A DNA stretch of 64,000 nucleotides from Paraphysomonas bandaiensis (taxonomy: Eukaryota > Protista > Chrysophyceae), in assembly GCA_965644295.1 (NCBI GenBank), contig CBFFRP010000114.1, positions 1-64,000 of the forward strand. Reading direction: 5' to 3'. The position numbers and the translations under genes were made by a program. How positions within the stretch are numbered: the stretch's first letter is position 1; every line of letters begins with the position of its first letter. This document shows positions 50,329 to 62,758 of this stretch, one piece after another. The notes beneath the pieces are model-generated. The model saw nothing but the letters and a program-made list of their open reading frames with translations, was not told the DNA's origin and made no database searches.

Positions 50329-51831
50329 ATGTCCAATTTGAACATGGTAGCGAGTGGTAGCACTGATGAGACGAAGGAGGACAGCAAGGTGCTGAAGTTC
50401 GACAAGTATCAGGCGGAGGCGTCTGCTCAGAAAATAAGGATTCATCTGATGAAGAAAAATCGGAACCATCTGGGGTTAGAGCCGAAACCTGCTGGAGGAG
50501 GCAGAGCACGAGAATTATGGCATGAGCGAAATGACACGTGTGTTGCAACGATTTGGGAGGCTTGTGAACATGACGCTGATGTATTGGAGGTTGCCAATCA
50601 ATACATGGAGGCGAAGGCGTTACTTCCAGATGATGATCCCAATAAGGAAGTTTTGTCCAATGAAATGCTTCAGACGCTGGTGGATAGGTTTAGGGGAGAG
50701 TTGGGAAATGTACTCGAGAAGACTACAGCGGAATACCATAGCTTTAAAATTAGAGCCAATGAAAAGGTCGCTATTGGTATTGATAGGTTGAATGGGATAA
50801 TTCAGAAATTGACAAAGTTGGGACAGCCGCCAACCGAGGAGAGCAAGCTCGCAAAGATCAAAAAGTCCATACATACTCCAGAGCTGAAGGAGTTGTGGTT
50901 AGCTATTGCAATGCTGCCTAAAGCAACGACCACGTATCAGATAGTTAAAGACGCGTGCGAAGAATTTGATGAGGCTAAACGACAACTGGAGGAGTTCGAA
51001 ATTGACAAACAAGGAGAACAGGTCAATATGCTCGGACCACAAGGAGGTGTGGAGAATGTCAAATGCTCATTCTGTATGAAAAAAGGGCATACTGCAAGTG
51101 TGTGTTGTGTCAAACACAAAAATAAAATTTTCCAGAAGTTCAAGCGAAATGGGAAGGCTAAAGCAAAGAATATGAGGAAAGGAGCGCAACAAGTGGGCTC
51201 AGAAGCATATACAGGGTGTTTTCATTGTGGTAGCAAAGAACACAAGGCTGCTGAGTGCAAAAGAGGGAACAAGAGGAAGATCGATAGGAAATATGAGAAA
51301 AAAGGCTCCAAGAAGGTTAAGAAGAGTTCATCAGTGGGGTGGTCCAAATACGTAGATGATGACGTTTCTTCTGGAGAGGAGACCAACATGATAGATGGTG
51401 ACGTACTTCTGACTGAAACTGGAGATGAACGAGTGTACCTGGATAGTTGTGCTGGAAAGCAGTTGTTTATCGTCAAGGATGATAGAGTGCTGGAGAAGTA
51501 TGTAGAAGAGCCGGGAGTAATATCACTGACCAAAAAGGGATCGGCGATGGAGACCCAAGGAGTGGGAAGTTTTCAGCAGTGGCGCGGCATCAAAGTATGT
51601 AATGATGCAGTGAAGAATATTGTCTCTGGAGGTATGCTGCGGGCTATGGGGTATGGACTCGAATTACTGAGAGTACCAAAAATCGTAGAATTGAACACTG
51701 GCAGAGAGGTGTTGGTTGGAAATTACGATGAGCATGGAGGAATGCCATGGGTGGCATTGCATGATGTGTTAAATTTACCTTGCATATCGTCCTGCCATTA
51801 TGTAATGGGGGGGGAAGCAGTGAAGAAGTGA
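50329..51831 (+). CDS. gag: Copia Gag-protease (frameshift in G8 run 51807-51814)
   Basis: CSFCMKKGHTASVC, CFHCGSKEHKAAEC, VYLDSCA. Confidence 0.85.
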   Translation: MSNLNMVASGSTDETKEDSKVLKFDKYQAEASAQKIRIHLMKKNRNHLGLEPKPAGGGRARELWHERNDTCVATIWEACEHDADVLEVANQYMEAKALLPDDDPNKEVLSNEMLQTLVDRFRGELGNVLEKTTAEYHSFKIRANEKVAIGIDRLNGIIQKLTKLGQPPTEESKLAKIKKSIHTPELKELWLAIAMLPKATTTYQIVKDACEEFDEAKRQLEEFEIDKQGEQVNMLGPQGGVENVKCSFCMKKGHTASVCCVKHKNKIFQKFKRNGKAKAKNMRKGAQQVGSEAYTGCFHCGSKEHKAAECKRGNKRKIDRKYEKKGSKKVKKSSSVGWSKYVDDDVSSGEETNMIDGDVLLTETGDERVYLDSCAGKQLFIVKDDRVLEKYVEEPGVISLTKKGSAMETQGVGSFQQWRGIKVCNDAVKNIVSGGMLRAMGYGLELLRVPKIVELNTGREVLVGNYDEHGGMPWVALHDVLNLPCISSCHYVMGGEAVKK

Positions 51832-54479
51832 TGCTGTCCGATACAGTTCAGCAGGATCCCCTCGATTTACTGCACGAAAGGGCCGGTCATGTTGCTAAGG
51901 GAAAACTACTGGAGGCTCATAGACATATGCTGATCAAGGGAACAGGGCTACAGCGACATCATTTATCTAAGACTACCAAAAAGAAGTGTGAGACCAGTTT
52001 GTGCAAGTGGTGTGCTAAGGCGAAGATCACTAGACATGCATTTCGAGGACAAAGTGACCAGAATGTGGAGATGAAGGCGACAGCATTCCTGGAGCGTATT
52101 ACAGTGGATATTTCGGTTTATATGAATTGTCCATCAGTGGAGGGGTATAAGTACGCACTTGTATTTGTAGATACGGCTACGAAAGAATTCTGGGAATACG
52201 GTCTACGAACGAGAACTGGGGATGAAGTGTTAAAATGCGTGAAGCGTCTCTGTGAAGTCAGGCTACCAGAATACCCACGATGGAACAGGATACAGCAGTA
52301 CCATGCTGATGGTGGACCAGAGTTGATGGACAGGCGAATTAAAGAATACTTGTTACAAAAATTTGGAACCACATTCTCCTACACTACTAGGGAGACACCA
52401 GAATTAAACGGTGTTTCAGAACGGAAATTCAGGACACTAGGAGAAATGTCATTATCGCTTTTATTGTCATCGGGTATGCCAAAAGCGGAGTGGTGGAAAG
52501 CCTTTAGACATGCATGCTGGGTTCTTAGGAGATTACCCACAAAGACCTATAGAGGGTGGATGTCAGCCTACGAGTGTGTTCCTGGAGGAACGGTGCCAGA
52601 TTTTTCTTGGTTACGGAAATGGGGGTGCAAGGCGTACGTTCTCATCCCGAAGGCAGATCGCAGGAAAGACTGGGAAGAAAAGGCACAGACTGGATACTTT
52701 GTAGGGTTCCCAGAGGAGCAAATGGGATACCAAGTATTGATTGGAGATACTATAGTTACGTCTGTGCATGTTTTTTTCGATGAACTGTGCCTGAGAGATC
52801 GGCGGATTATTATCGAGAAATGGACGAGGCCATGGTTGCTGTGGATCCTCAGGAAAGAGATATTAGAGACTTCGATTACTTAATCGGAAAGACCCATGAA
52901 GATGGCGGCCACCTATACAAGACCACACGAATATTGGTTTGAAAAGGTTTGATTGTAGGGTATAGATCCCTATTGTCTGGTGGTGCGGAGCAAGTGGAAG
53001 ATAAGACTCCTATTCACATCGCCGATATAAAGCGGATGAGTGAAGACCTTGCAACAAGAGCATCTGCAAGTTCTGGATCTCGTGACGACGGGACCAGCGG
53101 ACATTTATCACAGCAGTTGACTGGGACGGTTCCATCCCCTTCTGACTTCGTAAGTGCTCCGGGAGAGGAAGCTCCATCAGATCGCTCATCAAGGGGCAGG
53201 CGTGCAAGGGCTCCAAGGGTGGTGACGAATGTGTCAGTTTTGGGTGAGATGCATTTATTGTCGTCATGTGTCGAAGACGAGTGCAGCCTATTACAGGAGG
53301 CAGATTCCATCTGGTGCTCGTCAGCGGGACCTAAGGTGCCTCAGACATATTCCGAATCCTTGGAGTTGCTGGAACGGAAGCAATGAATGGAGTTCAGCAA
53401 GACAAGCTGAACGTGACGGTTTAGAACGTAGGGGAGTCATGGAAGTTAAGCCCATCCCTACCGGTGTCACTCCATTGAAATCTAAGTATGTTTTCGCCTT
53501 GAAACGCAACAAAGAGGGTGCGATTCAACGATATAAGGCAAGACTTGTGGTACTTGGATGCGGAGACCATGAAGGTGGCAGAGCCAACAATTATGCTCCA
53601 GTGGTAAAAGCGGTAACAGTGAGATTGCTTTTAGCAATCGCTTTTGTTATGAATATGGTGGTGCATCAACTCGACGTATCTAATGCATTTTTGTATGCAA
53701 ATATACAAGGAGATGTGTATATGTATGCTACACCAGATTTTAAATTGCCACCAGGACACTGCTTTAAACTGAAGAAAAGTTTATATATATGGTCTTCGAA
53801 GCTCACCACGGTCATGGTATAAATGTCTTAATAAGTTTATTAAGTCCTTGCATTTTATATCATGTATACTTGACCCATGTTTATATTTTACACGGATCAG
53901 GGGTGAATTAGTTCTGTTAGTAATATATGTAGATGATATGCTGATAGCATGTCGAGATACGAGTATTATTTTGGAAATTAAGCGACGAGTATTATGTGAA
54001 AGGTTCGATATTACAGATATGAATGAGATTGGCCAGTTTTTGAACGTGAGAGTGACGAGAACTCAGAATTGTCTCAAACTTGACCAGACAGTGTACATCA
54101 AAAAGATATTGGCGAAGTATGTGGATTTTCTGGGTCCAAGGGACAAGACTCGGCGATACCCACTACCTAGTGATGACATGGATAGGATCAAAGTGGGAGT
54201 GGAACATGTGCATTCGACTGAAGAGCAGGAATTAGTTGACAATTTTCCCTATCGTCCACTAATAGGAGCGTTACTTTATTTATCTATGAATACAAGGCCG
54301 GATATATCATATGCAGTGGGAGTATTGTCACGATTCTCAACGAAAGTGAATATCACTGTATGTAACTAATGATACATTTAATGCAGTATGTACGAGGTAC
54401 TACGGAAAAAGGCATTCAATATAGAGGGAAAGATTTTGATCTTCATATGTTCACGGATGCTGACAGGGCGGGTGACCCA
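51780..54479 (+). pseudogene. pol: Copia integrase-RT-RNase H, disrupted
   Basis: Motifs are spread over ORFs 51780-52883, 52949-53386, 53229-53822, 53848-54369 and 54369-54479. Confidence 0.9.
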
Positions 54480-54971
54480 GTGGTGTGTGAAGTACGGAGT
54501 TATTGGTGCTTCTTTGCAACACTTAAATGTGAAGGCTCATACATGTGGACCTATTATATTGCTTGAATTGTGGCTTGTACTGGCACAAAATGGAGGCTGA
54601 ATTACAGGAACTTGAGTCATTGCTCTTTGGGCACCATGTGAGTCCATTTGAGTTCTTCAAATCGCGAAAAGTACATACGACTACTCTGAATAGATTAATG
54701 GAGTGATGTCTGCACCTGTTATGAAAGAAGGCGAGTTCGTGACTTTGGGAAACGAGCCCCATAAGTAGTAATCGTTCCATTTTTTGGTGAGCTGCCCACT
54801 CTAACAGCTGATCTAAAAGTAATATCTTTGGGGCAGGGCGATTCCCAAGCTTGGATACGTAAGCTATTTATGTCTTGAGGTCACGATAGTACTTATAATT
54901 GTTACTTGTGTCAGTTGCTTGTGGAATATATGTTTTTGTATGAGACAATTGTATTATAACTGTGTTAGCCC
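54480..54971 (+). repeat. Direct repeat A' (right)
   Basis: Copy of 49510-49998. Confidence 0.95.
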
Positions 54972-55328
54972 CATTTTTTCGTATAGAAAGAAAGTTTAAA
55001 AAGTTATGAATTGGGTTCAATAGAATGGCTATATGATCACCGGACTAGTATACAGACAACATTCAACTTCAACATTCTGTTCAACCGAAACTCACTTCTA
55101 TCTTCATTATGATATCAACAGTTTTATATGTAATTATAGTACACTACTACAGCGAAATGCCGCAATGAGGAGTCAACTATCTGAAGCAGATCATCAAACA
55201 CTCCCAGCTATCTTCCATCCTTTCATCTGATGTAGAAGCGCTCTATTTTCATAATTAGAACTTTGAAACAATAATTATGTATAAGAATCATAATAGTGGG
55301 GTCTTATTAACCTGTCTATTCTTGGCCC

Positions 55329-55948
55329 TGAATCACATCAGAACAACCTTAAATCTTACTATAAACCATCCTCACATACTTGCACAAGAACTAAACTATA
55401 TATAGTTAGTAAACAGAAATCACTGCTTATGATGACGTTCTCTGATCTGATTTTCATACAGAATTGATCTTGTATGATGCGAGGACGTCCACAACGACCC
55501 CGAATCACTCATAAGCATACAGACAGTCGTATGGACAAAGTCACACTGCCCCCATTGGAAAAAAGAAATGTATTGATTGAGGTTAAGTGTACCAAGCAGT
55601 ATGGTGTGTTTCCAGTGAATGCACCTCACCAGCGAGAGGTTAATTTGGTGTTAGAGGCGTTTGCCGGATCTGCCCAATTGTAGGAGAAACTTCCCCAGTA
55701 TGACGACTGAAAGTGCGATTCTCAACGCTATATAATATCCCTGAGGTAGATGTCAAACGGGGCTACAAAGTTTACACCGTTCAGGAGCGTAGAGCCGGGG
55801 TCATTGCCAGGGTAATGGATGGAAAGAGCGCTGACTATGTTCTTGCGGAGTACGGTGTCACTATCCGCACCAAGGGGCGGGACATGAACACCATTGGGGA
55901 TTTGTAAGGGCTCACCACGTAGGAGTTCAATGCATTTTGGATCGATCA
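55329..55948 (+). repeat. Dispersed repeat copy 2 (paralog of 14741-15370), truncated at ~55950
   Basis: Same sequence with additional stops; similarity ends after TTTTGGATCGATC. Confidence 0.85.
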
Positions 55949-57788
55949 AATGTGTTGGGGATGTTGTATCTTTAACCAATATGTATAAGCGCTGGTGGTA
56001 CGAAAACCTGCGACCCGTGACGATGGGGCAGGTGGTGAGGAGTGAGTGATGTCGGCTGGGGGTGGGACACCCAAACAGTTTACGGCAGATGACTCATCGG
56101 GGATAGAGATCTCAAGTGCCTTACCCGAGAGATGCGTTAGCGCTACGTCTAGAGAGTCAAGCGTGTGTGTCCCTAGCAGAACTGCTAACCCAAATGCCTC
56201 AGGCAAAAAGGGTACGCACCCGAAGAGTTGTGACTAATGTGTCCACTCTGGGTGACCAATTTCCTATGTGGGAAAATGCAACTATGTAGAGTCCGAGACC
56301 TATAATGAGTCTATTCAGTGTAGACTGACCAGTGATACTGCGTATACTATAAGTCTAGTGAGATCAGTGTGAATCGTGTCTGTGAGACTGTACCTGCTGA
56401 GTCTAGGGAGACTTGTGGTAAGCGTACGGATGTTGACTAGTGTGTCCACCCTGGGTGAGAGGTAAACCTTCTCCATGACGAGGAGATTGTCAATCTGTGT
56501 GTTGATAGTGACTGTGCATTAATAACTAACATAATATGTCTAATTGTAGAGAGACCAAGTCACAATACATGAGAAGCTCGTTAATTGCCTTGATTTTCCT
56601 CAGTGTGTAAGTAGCAAGCTATATGTCTGCTGGCATGCAGGAACTGGTGTGGCTTCGGGAGGTGGTGATCGAACAGGGACTTCGATTGTACGAACCCACT
56701 CCATACTTCCTGACAGCCAGAGTGCCAGAGTGCTCGCGACTTCTTAGCGTTGAAGTTGAATGATGTGGTGTAATTGATCTCAGTGACGAGGATAAGAAAT
56801 CATACGTGCTGGTTATCAGAGACAGAAGATCATTCAGATGTGTTGTCTATGGTGAGGCTTGCTGAAGTGTCGAAGTCATACGTCCACCGGTTTGTCCTAT
56901 GAGGTTTTTTGGTGGTTGCGTATCCGTCAGTCATGTCTCGTGATATGAAGAGTTTATCTACAGCTTTGAATTGAGAGGGAGTGTTGAGATTTGCTGTTGG
57001 AGCAATTAAAGCTGTAATTCTACCCATCAGTTATGTCTCATGGTTTGAAGATTTAATGTACAGCTTTGAATTGAGAGGGAGTGTTGAGTTCTGCTGTTGG
57101 AGAAATTGAAAGCTGTAATTCTAAGCTGTTGGAATTATGACCGCTAGTCGAAGAATATAGTAGTGTTTAACAGTATTATGAGAACTAACAACATGATGGC
57201 TACTGTAGTAATGAAACTGAATATAATATATTGATCATACAAGATAATGACGATGTAAGATCGTACGAGAAATGATTGGTCGTAGAGATAACGTGAAATT
57301 GATGAATGAGAAGAGATATTGATTATAATTTTATAATAAGATTCATGAGTGAATACACGTCCAGTTAACTTAGTAAATCATCCAATTGTGCCATAACTTG
57401 TCAAAAACTTCTCTTAAAAGATCTTAGTTGTCTGAAATGGTCAATTGTCAATATACAAAGACGTAGCTTGTTTTTCATTACAAACTACTGCCAACCGACT
57501 TGACAGCCAGCCAGAAGCATATATTTTTGCTATCACCTCCTCATCAACGTTGTAATTGCTGGAGGCCAATAGATTTCTGAATCGTGTGTCAGGAGAACTT
57601 AATTCTATGTTCGACAAAAAACAACATATAAGAATACAAGGCAACAACATAATATATATATACATGATGCGTGATTAATATAAAAACAGTTTTTTTCCCC
57701 CTTTTATCCACGATATTTGAGAATATCACGGGTTACTACATCGTCCACGCTACGTTTATGATACTCCCGTTGATCATTGAGTGCGTCA

Positions 57789-58897
57789 TCAACTGCTTGA
57801 CAAAATTCCAAATTGTCTCAAGCAATCTACCAATTTAGTACACTTTGAAATATACAAAGATGAATATATCAATGCAAAATTACTGACATTGCTGTTCACT
57901 GTACTTGAAATTATTTCCATTGCATCATCCCCCGATGCAGTTTTCAACTCATCAACGTCTATTTCCTTCGACTTACTCCCACTCTCCAGATGAATCCCCA
58001 CAACCCGTCCATCTCTGAGCACATGCGGCCCTCCAGAAGACCCGCGGAAAATACCACTACCTTTGCAGTGTATGTGATGTGCTGTGGGACGACCCGTTTT
58101 AGCCCAGTCAGTAAATACGGTCAACTCTCCATTCGAGGTATCGTTGAACATTGCGACAGGACCATGAAATATCTTGATGTCAATATCTTGTTCAACAGGA
58201 TCCAGTGATATGGGTATTGCCTCTAAGTTGTCCAGGCCATCCTGGAGCTCCAACAACGCATAATCCATTTGAGTGTTATAGCGAATAACCTTGACGGGAC
58301 GGATATCGTCTTCGAAAACGTGTTGCCCATTTCTCTTAGACATGGAAAGAGTAATAGAATACAAGCGATTTCCACGATCCATGAAGTGTTGGCACGACAG
58401 TAAATACTTCGACGAGATGGCAAAACATGTTGCCACAGGCTGACAGTTGCCTCTATCACAGATAAAGAACACTGAATTCGGATAACGGGGATTTGGATGC
58501 CCTGACATGGTAGCTGTATATACAAAGCATATCATATAAAAATATTCGGGTGTGGATGGTATGAAATGATGGATGTATGAATGATTGAGTATACAGTGAA
58601 CAACACTGTTAGATATGCAGCAATACACACAAACTGAAAAAGTTCACCTTTCAACTTCTTCTCTTCACGTAACTCTTCCATTCGGTACTCATGCTCCTCC
58701 TTTCGGCGTAACCTTTCGTGTAAAAACTTCTTCTCTTCAACCAATCGTTGAAGTTTAGCCCCCCAAAATTCTTTGTTTTCATTGGCTAATACTTTGGCTT
58801 CCGCATCTTCAATAGAAGATTCCACGCTTCGAATCTGTTCATTAATTTGGCTTATTGCAGTCTCAATATGGTCTATTTTTGCACTGATATCACTCAT
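57789..58897 (-). CDS. Crinkler-like protein: coiled-coil header + trypsin-like serine protease, 324 aa. Exons: 58897-58648, 58513-57789
   Basis: Triad motifs LLSCQH, MDYALL, GSSGGP..VVGIH; E/K/R-rich helical exon 1; a phase-1 intron joins the exons in frame. Confidence 0.8.
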
Positions 58898-59579
58898 CTT
58901 AAATACAGTGATATCAACTATGATGATATGTATGTATGTATGTATGTATGTATAGTCTGCAGAGCTCTTTGGTTTTGTAAGTAGAGTGATTGATAATTTT
59001 ATATGGAGAAGTACGTACGAAGTCAGTCTCCTTGTGCTTGTTTGACCAAAATCACCGGCAGTCAGAATCTTATTTTTCGGGAATAAATTGAAGCAAATAT
59101 ACTCTATATAACTGCAATAAAACTACAGCTGGAATACAGATAATTGTTGTCTCAATATTAGAGGCATCTTTGAACAAAAAATATACAATGGAGAGTGATA
59201 CGCATGTAAGTATATGTATCTATATGTTATGACACATACTATACATTTGATGTACGGTACTCGGTCTACTCGTTACGGACAGAATGCCCCCGTTACTTTT
59301 TTGTACAGTCTGCACTATGTACTGTAGTTTTAGTAAACGGTCGAAATCGTGCTAATTGTAAACCACAATCTACATTATTCTATTATACAGTTCAGTATTC
59401 TATTATACAGTTCAGTACCGTATTATACAGCTCAGTATTGTGTAGTACAGTGTATTTATAGGCTAGTGCTGTTATCGCCATAGCTTCGTGTCTAAAAGTG
59501 TCCATAACTATAGCGGTTAACACAGTATCAGTATTAAGCAATTTGAGCTATTTCACATTTCAATTGAATTACTATCATC

Positions 59580-60479
59580 GTGATGGAAGACTTGTGCTTG
59601 GTAGTGCAAGGTCAGCAGGAACGAAATATTCTAAATTCTTCAATGAGAGACTATTTGAGCCGCTGCCGAACTATGACCAGACTCATCAATGACATTGAGG
59701 GGTTACGTGAAGTGGCTCTTGATGTCGATGAGACTGGAGTGGCAAGGAAACATACTGGACTAGCCAAAGATGTTCTCAAACTGAAACTTCCAATGGCAGT
59801 ACAAACAGCTAAACTCTTGTTCGCAAAAATTTCTGTAGACACCACATTACCAAAGAAGCGGAAACACGGTGGGCAAGACCCAGTGGAGAACCTTGATGAT
59901 CCTGCTGTAGTTGACACTCACAACCCTGCTGCAAATAAAGTAACGGTTAGTGCACAGACTTATCAAAACTATAAGTCAAAACTAACGAGATGTGTAAAAG
60001 AATTAACTAATTCTGGTCGCGTGCAAACTACGGCAGATGATGAAAGAAGCAGCGACAATTCAGGTGAATTAAAATCTCGTAATATTCATGTTTGGGAAGG
60101 TAGCCCTAATCTACATCGAGTACCTAAAGGATTTAAATTTCCCAGCTATGTAGTAGGTACAATGTGGAATCTATGGTTCTTGGGAAACCGGAGAGAGAAC
60201 ATTGGTCCATATAGATTCATTGCACCATCAGTGGATCTAGTAACCAGAGCCTGCAGAAATAACTTTAGCCGTTGCAAAAAAGTTATGTCAAAACTACTTG
60301 ACATAGCTATCCACGACAACAAAATCACTCGGGCACAAGATATAACAAGGGACAACGAACAAGAAGTGTACGATTCTGCCTACACTAAGTTGCTACAGGA
60401 TCTGTACGATGTCTACCCTAAACGACCCGCTACAATTAATATAAATACCATAGCCAACAAAATAAAAATTAGAAGGTAA
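59580..60479 (+). CDS. Crypton-associated/GCR1_C-like DNA-binding domain protein, no recombinase domain
   Basis: WEGSPNLHRVPKGFKFP..MWNLWFLGN..IGPYR..DL..FSRCKKVM resembles the C-terminal domain of stramenopile Crypton-type proteins (recalled pattern). Confidence 0.55.
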   Translation: MMEDLCLVVQGQQERNILNSSMRDYLSRCRTMTRLINDIEGLREVALDVDETGVARKHTGLAKDVLKLKLPMAVQTAKLLFAKISVDTTLPKKRKHGGQDPVENLDDPAVVDTHNPAANKVTVSAQTYQNYKSKLTRCVKELTNSGRVQTTADDERSSDNSGELKSRNIHVWEGSPNLHRVPKGFKFPSYVVGTMWNLWFLGNRRENIGPYRFIAPSVDLVTRACRNNFSRCKKVMSKLLDIAIHDNKITRAQDITRDNEQEVYDSAYTKLLQDLYDVYPKRPATININTIANKIKIRR

Positions 60480-60529
60480 GATATCAGCAAGCTTCAATTA
60501 ATTTGAAAAAAGTAATAATAATCAAACAA

Positions 60530-61775
60530 TAATAAAAGCTGCACAACACACACATACACACCTTACACTCTCAGCGTAAACACAATGCTCCTCACTGTAG
60601 CTATACACTCATGCCTCAGGATCATACGGACTATGCATCAGAGGCTCCTCTTATATATTGCTGGATACATAATGCCATTAATAATACACAGCACACTGCA
60701 TCGTACTATACTTACTTCATTGTGACCTCAAATGACAGGATGAATGGTATATCATATATATAATATATGTTCAGGGATGCTGCAGTAGTTCCGTACTGTA
60801 AGCTACAGTTAGCACCTCCACATATGATCATCTCACAATGGGGACATCATACCATCATTCACACCTCATCAATCAATAATAAAGCAGCACAATACACACA
60901 TACACACCTTACACTCTCAGCGTAAACACAATGCTCTTCACTGTAGTTATACACTCATGCCTCAGGATCATACGGACTATGCATCAGAGGCTCCTCTTAT
61001 ATATTGCTGGATATATAATGCCATTAATAATACACAGCACACTGCATCGTACTATACTTACTTCATTGTGACCTCAAATGACAGGATGAATGGTATATCA
61101 TATATATAATATATGTTCAGGGATGCTGCAGTAGTTCCGTACTGTAAGCTACAGTTAGCACCTCCACATATGATCATCTCACAATGGGGACATCATACCA
61201 TCATTCACACCTCATCAATCAATAATAAAGCAGCACAATACACACATACACACCTTACACTCTCAGCGTAAACACAATGCTCTTCACTGTAGTTATACAC
61301 TCATGCCTCAGGATCATACGGACTATGCATCAGAGGCTCCTCTTATATATTGCTGGATATATAATGCCATTAATAATACACAGCACACTGCATCGTACTA
61401 TACTTACTTCATTGTGACCTCAAATGACAGGATGAATGGTATATCATATATATAATATATGTTCAGGGATGCTGCAGTAGTTCCGTACTGTAAGCTACAG
61501 TTAGCACCTCCACATATGATCATCTCACAATGGGGACATCATACCATCATTCACACCTCATCAATCAATAATAAAGCAGCACAATACACACATACACACC
61601 TTACACTCTCAGCGTAAACACAATGCTCTTCACTGTAGTTATACACTCATGCCTCAGGATCATACGGACTATGCATCAGAGGCTCCTCTTATATATTGCT
61701 GGATATATAATGCCATTAATAATACACAGCACACTGCATCGTACTATACTTACGTCATTGTGACCTTAAATGACC
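60530..61775. repeat. 346-bp tandem repeat, ~3.6 near-identical copies
   Basis: TACACACCTT recurs at 60555, 60901, 61247 and 61593. Confidence 0.95.
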
Positions 61776-62758
61776 AGATGGCACTGTATCGTATTCTACT
61801 TACTTCACTGTGAGGTTAAATGACAGGATGAAGTATATCGTATTCATATATAGATATGGTTCTATAACAGCTAGATTCTATATATATATATATATGGTTC
61901 ATCCTGCACTGTACAATCCCATACACTACTGCTATACTGTACAATCCCATACACTACTGCTGTACTGTACAATCCTATATGTATTGCTCCTATACAATCC
62001 TACAGTAAAAGTAGCATATTTCCCCTATACAGAAACAACAGTCGAATTGTACGTGGATTTTCATATGAACCATAAACGAAACATCAAAAAACATGTTATC
62101 ACAATAGCACACAGCCATATTTTGTAACGGCTGAGTAGCATATAAGTACGAGTTTTTTTCTTTTAAACTATAGGTTTCTACATAAATTGTGGGTTTTATA
62201 AAGCCCGTGGCAAGATAAACTCGGACACAGTACAGTACGCAGTGTATGTACAGAGCTTCGGGCAAATATCCGGATATCTAGATATATACAAAATACATAC
62301 TGTACATATGACAAATTGCGTCGCATAAAGTGCGTCGCGAAAAAACGACACTTTTTGTGTTTTTTCGTGTTTGTGCCAGTTGAGGAATGTACTCTATACG
62401 GCCACATCACATGCGTGTACCATACATCGACACCAGTAATAAAAAAACGATTGTTATGTAATTTCGTAAAGTAATTTTGTCTCATGCTAATTTCAATCAA
62501 CAGTATACATATACAAAGAAAATAATTTTATTAATTATTATTTTCGTAATTTTGTCCAATATCGACAAATTTATGGTATATATATATGGAGTGGTTGACA
62601 ATCAACGTACGTCAACTGCATCTACTATACACACATACATACACATCCATCCCATTGCATACATATACACATAACAAATCAATTAATTGCATAAAATAAC
62701 CTTCTTGTAGCATATCATTATCATTAAATCAATTATTCATATATAGTAATACATTATC

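Larger units (their letters stand above)
49999..54479 (+). mobile_element. Ty1/Copia element: 5' LTR 49999-50344, PBS, degenerate gag-pol, truncated in RNase H
   Basis: TGTTGAG..TTGAACA|TGGTAGCGAG; two CCHC knuckles, LDSCA protease, HERAGH/CKWC, integrase D-D-E (VDIS, HADGG, NGVSER), YKARLV, QLDVSNAFL, IYVDDML, TRPDISY, ends at FTDADRAGDP; several frameshifts and stops. Confidence 0.93.

Noticed and set aside
55950-57170. Possible reverse-strand retroelement gag relic with a ~65-bp local duplication
   Set aside because: No diagnostic motif, LTR pair or PBS could be established.
60530-61775. Retrozyme/hammerhead array
   Set aside because: No CUGANGA..GAAA core found on either strand.
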